A DNA stretch of 64,000 nucleotides from Candidatus Peregrinibacteria bacterium. GTDB lineage: Bacteria; Patescibacteriota; Gracilibacteria; UBA1369. The notes beneath the pieces were generated by a model. It ran no database searches and was not told the origin of the DNA. It was given only the letters and a program-made list of their open reading frames with translations. Of the stretch, positions 56,046 through 64,000 are shown piece after piece. How positions within the stretch are numbered: position 1 is the first letter of the stretch; each line of letters opens with the position of its first letter. The stretch is taken from NCBI GenBank assembly GCA_963708185.1, contig OY970195.1, forward strand, positions 608,001-672,000. Direction: 5' to 3'. Position numbers and translations under genes: made by a program.

Positions 56046-56876
56046 ATGTATACATTGACATATTTTAAAATGAATTATAAAAAGGACCACGTCGACGAAT
56101 TTCAGGAAAATTTTGCAGCTCAATCACATGAGGTTTTTCGCGAAGAAGGGGAAACTTTTCACGAAACCTCCCTTCAAAAAATACGTCTCGGCACTCTTCT
56201 GGCCGCACTCGTTGCCGTGGGGGCCAGCGCGACCGTCACGGAGACATGCCTTGCGGACTGTTCAGATCATCCAAACGACTGCAGTGGCACCGCCCAGTCG
56301 GAAAATTCACGGCACGAGCACCATCCTTTTGAATTCAAAGCCGGTTTTGCCCTGACGCCGGACCATCAAAGCGCCGAATACGGTTTTGACGCTCACCTCA
56401 GCTGGAGTCCTGAAACGGGCGCAGCTTCGTCGCCGCACTTTGAGCTTGCGTTCGTCGACCTCGGCGTTTCTTTCTACAGCATTCCCATCAACGTCCAATT
56501 CGCTCATCCAATCCATACAAGCATCATGGGGACCGAATTCCATATTGGTTCGGTTGCTTCGGTGGGCATTCCAGCAGGTGATGTTGTGGAGTTTGGTTTA
56601 GGGGCCGGCATGGCTCTTGGAATTCTTTATCATTCGTTTTCCAAAATCGGACAGGACAACCATTATAATTATTACGGCGTGGACGCGAACACCCAAGTTG
56701 TGCCGCTTGCCATGCTGGAAGGCGAAATCACCTTTCACGTCCAGGACAGGCTTCTCGTTTTTGCAGCCTACAATCCGCACTTTACCCTTCAACCCGTCAG
56801 CAAAGAAATTCCAGGCACCTACAAACATTATGAAGTGGACCACACCATCGTTGCCGGCCTGGGAACAAACTTCTAG
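56046..56876 (+). CDS. Hypothetical His-rich protein with predicted 8-stranded beta-barrel
   Basis: Hydrophobic segment LGTLLAALVAVGA; eight amphipathic beta-like strands; C-terminal Phe (IVAGLGTNF); start 56046 or 56070. Confidence 0.6.
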   Translation: MYTLTYFKMNYKKDHVDEFQENFAAQSHEVFREEGETFHETSLQKIRLGTLLAALVAVGASATVTETCLADCSDHPNDCSGTAQSENSRHEHHPFEFKAGFALTPDHQSAEYGFDAHLSWSPETGAASSPHFELAFVDLGVSFYSIPINVQFAHPIHTSIMGTEFHIGSVASVGIPAGDVVEFGLGAGMALGILYHSFSKIGQDNHYNYYGVDANTQVVPLAMLEGEITFHVQDRLLVFAAYNPHFTLQPVSKEIPGTYKHYEVDHTIVAGLGTNF

Positions 56877-56960
56877 TGACGTTTTGATATGAAGAAGCTT
56901 CACATTCGCGTCAATTTGATTTAGAATTGACCTGCATACATTTTGTCATAGTTTCCGCTT

Positions 56961-57968
56961 ATGAAAAAAAGATCAAAAAAAACCACGAAAAGTAAAAAGG
57001 ATCTCACCTCCGTCTATATTGCACTTCTGGCACTCATCGTCATTATCGTCGTCTTCTTTTTGGCGTATCTTTCAAAGATGAGCAAGATGTCACCCGGAAC
57101 GTCAACGAGCACCGGCGCCCCTCTGATGAACGGACAACAGACCGCGACGATCACGATTCTTCCTTCCGGCGGCGTGAGTTCGCCAGCCAGTGAAGTGGCC
57201 TCCAACGATGCATCGGGGTCGCAGCAGACTTCCGTCCAAAACCATATGAACATGGTTGAAAACAGCGGATCCGTTCCGGCAAACGGCCGCGTCAAATTCA
57301 AGATCGACCATTTCAAAAAACTCGCCCTCCAGCCTTTGCAGTTTGATATTCTTGATGAAAACGGTAAAGCCTATACTCCCGACGACCTTCAGGAGGTTTT
57401 CGGACAGAAGGTGCATTTTATCGTCGTCTCTTCGAATCTCAAGGAGTTCCAACACCTTGATCCGACCTACACCAACGGAAAATGGAACACCCTGGCCTAT
57501 ATGCCGACACCGGGAACGTACTATGCCTATACCGACGTGACGCCGGTCAAAGGTCAGCGCGTCGTTTTGCGAAGCGACCTCATCGTCCAGCATGAAACGA
57601 CCGATCCGATTACCTATCCGGGATTGACCCCTGATCTTTTCGCCATCTCCAAAACCTTCAAGGCCCAGTTGGCTTTGAGCCAGGCGCTTGTCCTGCAGCA
57701 AAGTGTCCTTTCCTACCATGTTACCCAGGGTGACCAGCCGACCACACTTCAACCATACCTGGGCAATCTGGGGTCCGTGATTATTTTCCGACAGGGAAAC
57801 ATCGACAGTTATACCCGCGCCAATCCTCTGAATTCAAACGATGCGCAGAAAGGTCTCGCCGAATTCCTGACTACCTTCGTAAAAGGCGGTCGCTATACGG
57901 CCTTTGCCGAGTTCAAACTCGGATCAAAGGTGTACACCTTCCCGATCACTTTTGACGTCAGCGGATAG
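56961..57968 (+). CDS. Membrane-anchored protein resembling secreted heavy-metal-associated proteins (duplicated Ig-like domain)
   Basis: N-terminal TM; HFIVVS..L..FQHLDP, PTPGTYY, LQPYLG, GGRYTAFAEFK. Confidence 0.65.
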   Translation: MKKRSKKTTKSKKDLTSVYIALLALIVIIVVFFLAYLSKMSKMSPGTSTSTGAPLMNGQQTATITILPSGGVSSPASEVASNDASGSQQTSVQNHMNMVENSGSVPANGRVKFKIDHFKKLALQPLQFDILDENGKAYTPDDLQEVFGQKVHFIVVSSNLKEFQHLDPTYTNGKWNTLAYMPTPGTYYAYTDVTPVKGQRVVLRSDLIVQHETTDPITYPGLTPDLFAISKTFKAQLALSQALVLQQSVLSYHVTQGDQPTTLQPYLGNLGSVIIFRQGNIDSYTRANPLNSNDAQKGLAEFLTTFVKGGRYTAFAEFKLGSKVYTFPITFDVSG

Positions 57969-58002
57969 AACCTAGAGCAGAAGCTCTTTAAGAGCGTACG
58001 TT

Positions 58003-58779
58003 ATGCTGTTTCTCGTTATTACTTTTCTCGTCGGACTGGCCAGCGCTTTCGTGCCGATTTTTCTTCTGAGATTTCTGGTGAAAAAGTGGCATATCCAGCC
58101 GAAAATTTTCTGGAAAGCCGGTCTTGCCGGACTCATGGTCTCCCTCCTTGTTTTCGGAGTCACGCTGAATATTGACGGAGCTTTTCCGGCATTTGATCAA
58201 CTTCCGGTGATCATTCAGGCTTTGACCCTCGGTTTCGTGAACGGACTTTTCATCGAACTCGGAAAGTTTCTTGTCCTGGACAGGTTCATGCACTCGATCC
58301 GGAGCCGCGAAGCGGGCATGTTGTTCGGGTTCGGATGGTCCGGGTTGAGCATTATCATCATGGGATTTTTCCTGGCCGTTGGCGTTTTTGGCATGTATAA
58401 CCTTTTAACAACCAAGGATCTCGCATCGACGCTTCCCAACGCCGATGCCGACCAGATGCAGTTTCTTCAGGAAAGCCAAAAACAGATTCAGGATCTCGTT
58501 GCCGGGTCTCCTCTCAATGCTTTGACGCCTTTGCTGGAGAGCATGGGGACCCTCATGATCGATATGGCGATGGCGCTTTTGATTATTCTCGGGCTTTCTC
58601 AAAAAAAAACGCGATACGTCTGGTTCGCGGTGGGCATCAGAACGATTCTGGCGACGATTTTATTTTACGTTTCGCAAACCGACCTCATTCCTGTTGAGAT
58701 CATTTTCGGGGCCTGGATGATCGTGGGCGGTACTTTGATCTTCTATCTGCAGAAGTCCCTCAAGCACCATGTGGCCTAG
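58003..58779 (+). CDS. YhfC/PrsW-like intramembrane protein (catalytic residues degenerate)
   Basis: About 7 TM; GLFIELGKF and FGFGWSG where YhfC has GLFEE.GR and FGLGHGG. Confidence 0.6.
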   Translation: MLFLVITFLVGLASAFVPIFLLRFLVKKWHIQPKIFWKAGLAGLMVSLLVFGVTLNIDGAFPAFDQLPVIIQALTLGFVNGLFIELGKFLVLDRFMHSIRSREAGMLFGFGWSGLSIIIMGFFLAVGVFGMYNLLTTKDLASTLPNADADQMQFLQESQKQIQDLVAGSPLNALTPLLESMGTLMIDMAMALLIILGLSQKKTRYVWFAVGIRTILATILFYVSQTDLIPVEIIFGAWMIVGGTLIFYLQKSLKHHVA

Positions 58780-59528
58780 TCCTCCTTGGCGGCGAGCTGA
58801 TAATTTTCCCACTTCTTCTTTTTGAGTGCTTCAGCTGCAGCTTCCTGTTCGGCTTTTTGTTTGCTGGAACCTTTTCCCTCTGCGACGAACTCTTCCCCGA
58901 CGTACGCTCCCATGATGAAGGTTTTGTTGTGATCGGGACCTTCTTCTTTCATCAGTCTGTATTCGGGCGTAACCCCCAAGACCTCCTGGGCAATTTCCTG
59001 GAAATGGGATTTTGAATCGATGTGAAGTCCTTTTTTGAGAATTTCCTCGAGTCTGGTAAGAATGTACGAATCGATGAAGTTGTGAGCTGTCTTGTAATCC
59101 TGATCCAGGTACATGGCTCCGATGAGGGCTTCAAGCGTATTGGCGAGAATGTAATTCTTTTTGCGGCCGCCTGAACGTTCTTCTCCCCGGCTTAAATAAA
59201 GGTAAAGCCCCAGATCGAGTTCCGAGGCGATTTCGGCGAGATGTTTCCCTTTCACCAGCGCGGACCTCCAGTTGGTGAGGACGCCTTCCTCCTCTTCCGG
59301 ATATTTCCTGAACAGATAATCCGTGACTACGAGCTCCAACACCGCATCTCCCAGAAATTCCAACCTTTCATTGTGTTGAGCTTTCAAATCGCGATGTTCG
59401 TTCATGTAGGATTTGTGCACGAACGCCGTATCAATAAGATTCAGATCCTTGAAGGTGACGTCGATCTTTTTTTCGAGCGCCTCATAACGGTTCATGGAAG
59501 GCTGTTCGGATGAAGGTTTTACTGCCAT
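58776..59528 (-). CDS. rnc: Ribonuclease III
   Basis: HNERLEFLGDAVLEL, EALIGAMYLD, dsRBD GPDH..F, SKQKAEQEAA. Confidence 0.98.
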   Translation of the reverse strand: MAVKPSSEQPSMNRYEALEKKIDVTFKDLNLIDTAFVHKSYMNEHRDLKAQHNERLEFLGDAVLELVVTDYLFRKYPEEEEGVLTNWRSALVKGKHLAEIASELDLGLYLYLSRGEERSGGRKKNYILANTLEALIGAMYLDQDYKTAHNFIDSYILTRLEEILKKGLHIDSKSHFQEIAQEVLGVTPEYRLMKEEGPDHNKTFIMGAYVGEEFVAEGKGSSKQKAEQEAAAEALKKKKWENYQLAAKED

Positions 59529-59537
59529 GTGGAAAAG

Positions 59538-59987
59538 TTAAGATTTTTTTTGAGCTTCCTTGTGCTCTTTTATCGCCTCTTTGCGATACTTATGCATGAT
59601 GGTACTGAGCACTCCGTTAACAAACTTGGGGGAGTTCGTATCGCCGAAACTTTTGGCGACCTCCACGGCTTCATTGATGGCGACGATCGGAGGGACGTCT
59701 TCAGAAAACAAAATTTCATAACAGCCGAGTTCCAAAATAGCCCGGTCCACCGGAGCGATCTTGTCGACCGGCCATTCCGGCGCCTCTTCCTGGATGACCT
59801 TGAGGATTTCCTTCTTTTCTTTCAAAACGCCGTGCAAAAGACTTTCGGCAAAACTAAAATCCTTGATTTTCGCGCTGTATTCTTCAAGGTTATACTTCAA
59901 AATATCCAGCGGTTCCCCACCCCGGAATTCAAAAGCGAAGAGGGTTTGCATCACTGCTATTCTGGCAATGTGGCGGTAGCTGGCCAT
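59538..59987 (-). CDS. nusB: Transcription antitermination factor NusB
   Basis: RHIARIAVMQTLF, VDRAILELG, VAINEAVEVAK.FG, FVNGVL. Confidence 0.97.
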   Translation of the reverse strand: MASYRHIARIAVMQTLFAFEFRGGEPLDILKYNLEEYSAKIKDFSFAESLLHGVLKEKKEILKVIQEEAPEWPVDKIAPVDRAILELGCYEILFSEDVPPIVAINEAVEVAKSFGDTNSPKFVNGVLSTIMHKYRKEAIKEHKEAQKKS

Positions 59988-60090
59988 AATTATTTTGGCT
60001 TGGAATTGACCATTTCGCACACAAACGGTGGATGATGTTCAATTCCCGCGCTGGTTGTTAAAATTTATTCTCCCGGTTACGTCCGGAGTT

Positions 60091-60327
60091 TTACGCCTTG
60101 ACCTTGGTGATCTTTTCAACGGCTTTGTTCATATCCAGGATCTTCTTTCCGTTATATTGGCCGCAATTCTGACACACATGGTGGTTCAGTTTCTTGGTCT
60201 TGCAGTTCGGGCAATCAACCAGATTCACAATTCCCTGAAGTTTGACCTGGGTTTTGTGTGTAAAGGAATGGTAGCGTTTTGCTGAACGGGATTTGGATTT
60301 TTTATACTTGGGTACTGGATGTTTCAT
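60091..60327 (-). CDS. rpmF: 50S ribosomal protein L32
   Basis: PVPKYKKSKSR; CPNC...HHVCQNCGQY zinc ribbon; follows yceD. Confidence 0.93.
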   Translation of the reverse strand: MKHPVPKYKKSKSRSAKRYHSFTHKTQVKLQGIVNLVDCPNCKTKKLNHHVCQNCGQYNGKKILDMNKAVEKITKVKA

Positions 60328-60345
60328 AGGGTCGTTCGGATATGA

Positions 60346-60912
60346 TTAAATGAGTTTTTTGAGGTCTTTAAAGGGCTTATATGTGTCTGGGCCCTGTTCC
60401 TTGACCTCGACGCATTTGCATTTGACCGTGTTGCGATCCTTTCCGCACACAGGGCAAAGCCCTTTACAGCTCTTAGAGCATACTGGAATAAGTGGAAAAT
60501 GCAAGATAATTTCCTGACGGACCATCTCGTTGAGATTGATCGTCATGGGCTTCTTGTCGATGAAGAAAAGGTCGTCCAGATCGTCGCTTTCAAAATCGGG
60601 GTCGCCATAATAATACTGCCGCTCAGCCGCAGCGATTTCTATGGTTTTCTTGAAAGTCTTAAGGCAGCGGTTGCAGGTAAAAAGCACCTCGATACCGGCA
60701 TCGTTGAGTAACGCGCAGACTTCGTTTTTCAAACGGATGAAGGTCAGCTTCCCGCTGAAGTGGGAAGAGAACTCAAGGTCTTTGTCTTCCGGGTAAACGA
60801 TTTTCTCGTCAATATCATATTGTTCGCTTGACCCCATGGGTTTTCCCCAGAGTTTTGCGACTTTGTAGAGTAACTGTGACACGGCGATTGAATTAACGTG
60901 AACGGGAAACAC
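60346..60912 (-). CDS. YceD/DUF177 family protein
   Basis: CNRCL, CSKSCKGLCPVCG.D.N...C.C; upstream of rpmF; true start may be GTG 60882. Confidence 0.9.
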   Translation of the reverse strand: MFPVHVNSIAVSQLLYKVAKLWGKPMGSSEQYDIDEKIVYPEDKDLEFSSHFSGKLTFIRLKNEVCALLNDAGIEVLFTCNRCLKTFKKTIEIAAAERQYYYGDPDFESDDLDDLFFIDKKPMTINLNEMVRQEIILHFPLIPVCSKSCKGLCPVCGKDRNTVKCKCVEVKEQGPDTYKPFKDLKKLI

Positions 60913-61591
60913 CCGCTATGAGACGTAGAATAAACAGGAACAGGTTGAATATGTCAAGATACAGCTGGAGCGCCGCGTCAATGTAACGGTCGTGGGGGTA
61001 AACTTTGAGCCGCTGAACGTCGTAGAGCGTGTAGCCGGTAAAAAGGAGTACGCCGATTCCGGAAAAAATCATCTCAAAGGTATTGCTCCAGGGAATGAAG
61101 ATTCCGATGACGGAGACGATGATCATCCCGATCAGGCCGATCATGAGAAAACCTCCCAGTCCCGCAAAACTGCGCTGGCTGACGGCTCCGATGGCCGCGG
61201 CTGCGGTGAAAGTAAGGGTCGTCGCAAGAAAAGCCTTGATGATGATGCCCGGCCCTCCGAATTCAAGAATCAAACTTGCCAGGAGCGGAACGATCGTCAC
61301 TCCGGTGACAAAAGCGAACGCCGCGAAAAGAACATAATTGATCGGGCGTTTGGTGCTCCAAAATCTGGCGGTAAAAACCAGGATCAATTCAAGCGCGAAG
61401 AAAACCCACATCCAGGCCGGGTTTTCTATAAAAAGCGGGCCGAGATACTGGAAGCCCGTAAAGGTTCCGGCGGCGGAAACCAGGATGGCGAGGCCGAAAA
61501 AGAACATGACCTTGCTTAAGAACGATGATGTTCTTACGGCTGCCAGACCGTCGTTCTGATCGTAGGTAAAATCTTGTGTCGTATTCGTCAT
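60893..61591 (-). CDS. Bax inhibitor-1/YccA family membrane protein
   Basis: FLSKVM, 7 TM, GVLLFTGYTLYDVQ, AALQLYLDIFNLFL; start trimmed to ATG 61591. Confidence 0.92.
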   Translation of the reverse strand: MTNTTQDFTYDQNDGLAAVRTSSFLSKVMFFFGLAILVSAAGTFTGFQYLGPLFIENPAWMWVFFALELILVFTARFWSTKRPINYVLFAAFAFVTGVTIVPLLASLILEFGGPGIIIKAFLATTLTFTAAAAIGAVSQRSFAGLGGFLMIGLIGMIIVSVIGIFIPWSNTFEMIFSGIGVLLFTGYTLYDVQRLKVYPHDRYIDAALQLYLDIFNLFLFILRLIAGVSRSR

Positions 61592-61745
61592 AGATGTGAG
61601 TTTATAAGTGAGTTCGTGTTGAGTTTGCATTGTAGAAGGTTTTGCAAATTTTGACAAGCTGGGCATTGCAGAAATTATGACGTCCGGCTCAGACTGGCCA
61701 TGCGGGTATTGTTGGTATATGATGTGACCCACTGAGTTTGTTTTT

Positions 61746-62888
61746 ATGGACCACCGTCTCACCTGGATCGAAATTTCCCGTTCAAATCTTGACCATAACG
61801 TCAAGGTTTTCCGCGACCTTGTCGGAAAAGATCGTATTCTCTGCCCTGCGGTCAAAGCCAACGCCTATGGCCACGGGCTTACGGTTTGCGGACCTTTGAT
61901 GGTGGAGTCGGGCGCGGACTGGCTGGGAGTGAACGCCCTTTTTGAAGCTTTGGATTTGAGGCAAAGCGGTGTTAACGCGCCCATTTATATTATGGGGTAT
62001 ATTCCTCTGGAAGAACTGCCCGTGGCCGTTGAAAACGGTTTTCATTTTGTTGTCTACAATACTGAAACCCTCCACGAACTGGCACTTATTACCAGGAAAC
62101 TTCAGCGTCCGGCGCTGACGCATTTGAAAGTCGAAACCGGCATTCATCGCCAGGGCGTCCATGCAGACGAACTTGATGAAGTTCTGGATCTTTACCGCAA
62201 TAATCCTTTGATAACAATGGAAGGAGTTGCCGCTCACTTCGCGAACATTGAAGATACCACTGACCACAGTTTTGCTGAACTCCAGCTCAAAAATTTTGAA
62301 AACATCACGGAGAGCATCCGCAAGGAAGGGTTTGAACCGAAATATATCCATACGGCGAACACCGCCGCCACGATCCTATTCCCCAAAACCCATTTCACCA
62401 TGGTGAGAACGGGTGTGGGCAACTACGGCATGTGGCCTTCGAATGAAACCTACGTTTCCGCGCTCCAGGAAGGGAAAAAGATTGTATTGAAACCCGTGAT
62501 GACCTGGAAAACTAAAGTGGCTCAGGTCAAAAAAGTGAAGGCAGGTTCCTATGTCGGTTACGGCTGTACGTATAAAACGGGGAGAGATTCAAGAATCGCC
62601 ATTCTTCCTGTGGGCTATTATGACGGCTATGACCGAAAACTTTCCAATAACGGTTACGTTCTTTTACGCGGGAAACGCGCTCGCTTATGCGGACGCGTAT
62701 GCATGAACATGATCATGGTCGACGTGACGGATATTCCTGAAGTTCGGATTGAAGATGAAGCCGTACTGCTGGGACGCCAGGGGGAAGAAGAGGTTTCAGC
62801 AGAACAACTGGCCCAGTGGATCGGCACCATCAACTATGAAGTGACGACCCGAATCAACGAAGGTATCCTGCGAAAAGTGGTGCGTTAA
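61746..62888 (+). CDS. alr: Alanine racemase
   Basis: AVKANAYGHG, HLKVETGIHRQG, VGYYDG, GRVCMN, GTINYE. Confidence 0.97.
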   Translation: MDHRLTWIEISRSNLDHNVKVFRDLVGKDRILCPAVKANAYGHGLTVCGPLMVESGADWLGVNALFEALDLRQSGVNAPIYIMGYIPLEELPVAVENGFHFVVYNTETLHELALITRKLQRPALTHLKVETGIHRQGVHADELDEVLDLYRNNPLITMEGVAAHFANIEDTTDHSFAELQLKNFENITESIRKEGFEPKYIHTANTAATILFPKTHFTMVRTGVGNYGMWPSNETYVSALQEGKKIVLKPVMTWKTKVAQVKKVKAGSYVGYGCTYKTGRDSRIAILPVGYYDGYDRKLSNNGYVLLRGKRARLCGRVCMNMIMVDVTDIPEVRIEDEAVLLGRQGEEEVSAEQLAQWIGTINYEVTTRINEGILRKVVR

Positions 62889-62981
62889 CTCTCTTTGAAA
62901 AAACCGGTCTTTGTGGTGTGGCTTTTTCCTTGACGCTGAGAGGAGTTTTCACTAGAATTGTAGGGCTTTTTTAGCTGTTTT

Positions 62982-64000
62982 ATGCCATTTTTTAGACGTT
63001 TACCTCAAGCGCGGGGGAATTATTACGTAGCTCTGGATATCGGTACTGAATTTGTGAAAGCGCTTCTGTGCAAGGCTGAAGGGACCAAAGGAAGGGTTTT
63101 GGGCGTGGGCAGAAAACGTCAGCGACTCGGCGATATGCAAAGCGGCGCGGTGACCGACATCGCTTCCGTTATCAACAACTGCCAGGAAGCCATCCGTGAT
63201 GCCGAAAAGATGGCCGGTGCAAGCGCTTCCAAACTGATCATGGGCATTGCCGGAGAACTGGTCAAGGGTGCCACGACCACCATCAGCTACACGCGCCGCG
63301 AACCGGATACGAAGATCGATCTTTCTGAATTGAAGAACATCGTGCATAAAGTGCAATGGAAGGCTTTCGATGAAGTCCGATCACAACTCGCTTTTGAAAC
63401 AGGATACAACGAAATCGACGTCAAACTCGTCAACGCCGCGATCGTCGGCGTGTTCATTGACGGATATAAAGTGGCCAATCCGCTGGGGTTCCAGGGCAAA
63501 GAAGTGACGATTTCAATTTTCAACGCGTTCGCCCCGCTCGTGCATTACGGTGCCCTGCAGACGATCGCGGCGGAACTCGATATGGATCTGCTGGCGATCA
63601 CCGCCGAACCTTATGCCGTTTCCCGCTGCATGGCGTACGAAGACGGAGGAAATTTCAGCGCTATTTTTGTAGACATCGGAGGCGGAACCACCGACATCGC
63701 CGTGGTTCGCAATGGCACAGTGGAAGGCACAAAAATGTTTACGCTTGGCGGACGGACCTTCACCAAGCGCCTCGCACAATCTTTAAATATCTCTTTTGAA
63801 GAAGCCGAGGAAATCAAACTGGCTTATTCCAATGAACGGCTTGAAAAGCAATCGCACAAAATAGTCCGTGAAGCCATGAAAAGCGATTGCGAAGTCTGGC
63901 TTTCCGGCGTGGCCCTGACGCTTAGTGATTTTGAAAACGTCGACATTCTGCCTTCAAAAATTCTTCTCTGCGGAGGCGGCTCACATCTCCCCGAAATCAA
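62982..64000 (+). CDS. ftsA: FtsA-like actin-fold ATPase (3' truncated by window; absent from ORF track)
   Basis: Hand translation MPFFRR...VALDIGTEFVK...MQSGAVTDI...AEPYA...VDIGGGTTDIA...EEAEEIK...LCGGGSHLP; may be a paralog. Confidence 0.8.
   Translation, partial: MPFFRRLPQARGNYYVALDIGTEFVKALLCKAEGTKGRVLGVGRKRQRLGDMQSGAVTDIASVINNCQEAIRDAEKMAGASASKLIMGIAGELVKGATTTISYTRREPDTKIDLSELKNIVHKVQWKAFDEVRSQLAFETGYNEIDVKLVNAAIVGVFIDGYKVANPLGFQGKEVTISIFNAFAPLVHYGALQTIAAELDMDLLAITAEPYAVSRCMAYEDGGNFSAIFVDIGGGTTDIAVVRNGTVEGTKMFTLGGRTFTKRLAQSLNISFEEAEEIKLAYSNERLEKQSHKIVREAMKSDCEVWLSGVALTLSDFENVDILPSKILLCGGGSHLPEI

Noticed and set aside
55808-58779. Island integrated at tRNA-Leu
   Set aside because: No att repeat or mobility gene detected
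60893-61861. N-terminal extensions in the ORF track for BI-1 (also nusG, rplA, dut, purF, purD, YtxH, sufU, DUF59, nusB)
   Set aside because: The extensions overlap neighbouring genes, promoters or terminators; family homology starts at downstream ATGs

Overview
This 64-kb window is chromosomal DNA read with the standard bacterial code, most likely from a Patescibacteria (CPR) organism of the Peregrinibacteria type. That taxonomy is inferred from several TrbC/VirB2-like pilins, PKD and SLH surface giants, mostly SD-less starts, and many orphan proteins with acidic N-termini. Housekeeping genes: secE-nusG-rplK-rplA (interrupted twice), dut-tmk-folD-purF, livKHMGF, purD, rpsT, tRNA-Ile2(CAT), rrf2-sufCBDSUT, thyA-folA-ABC exporter, trxB, pepA, Nudix, mrp, tRNA-Leu(CAG), yceD-rpmF-nusB-rnc, alr and a partial ftsA-like gene. 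I found no integrase, transposase or CRISPR array. The best candidate for a new system is the minus-strand cluster at 550-11755. It encodes two proteins each made of three tandem VirB2-like pilin hairpins, a 1574-aa pilin-PKD fusion, a membrane-anchored 6xPKD protein, an unannotated 38-aa membrane peptide and a Cys-rich membrane protein, together suggesting a pilin-anchored adhesion apparatus. Other points of interest: a signal-less two-domain peptidoglycan hydrolase; an 8-stranded OMP-like barrel behind a Fur-type palindrome; a promoter-flanked ~140-nt rod-shaped RNA followed by a small ORF; an archaeal-like PurD; a eukaryote-like DHFR; and several apparent pseudoenzymes. All family calls come from reading motifs by eye; no database searches were run.
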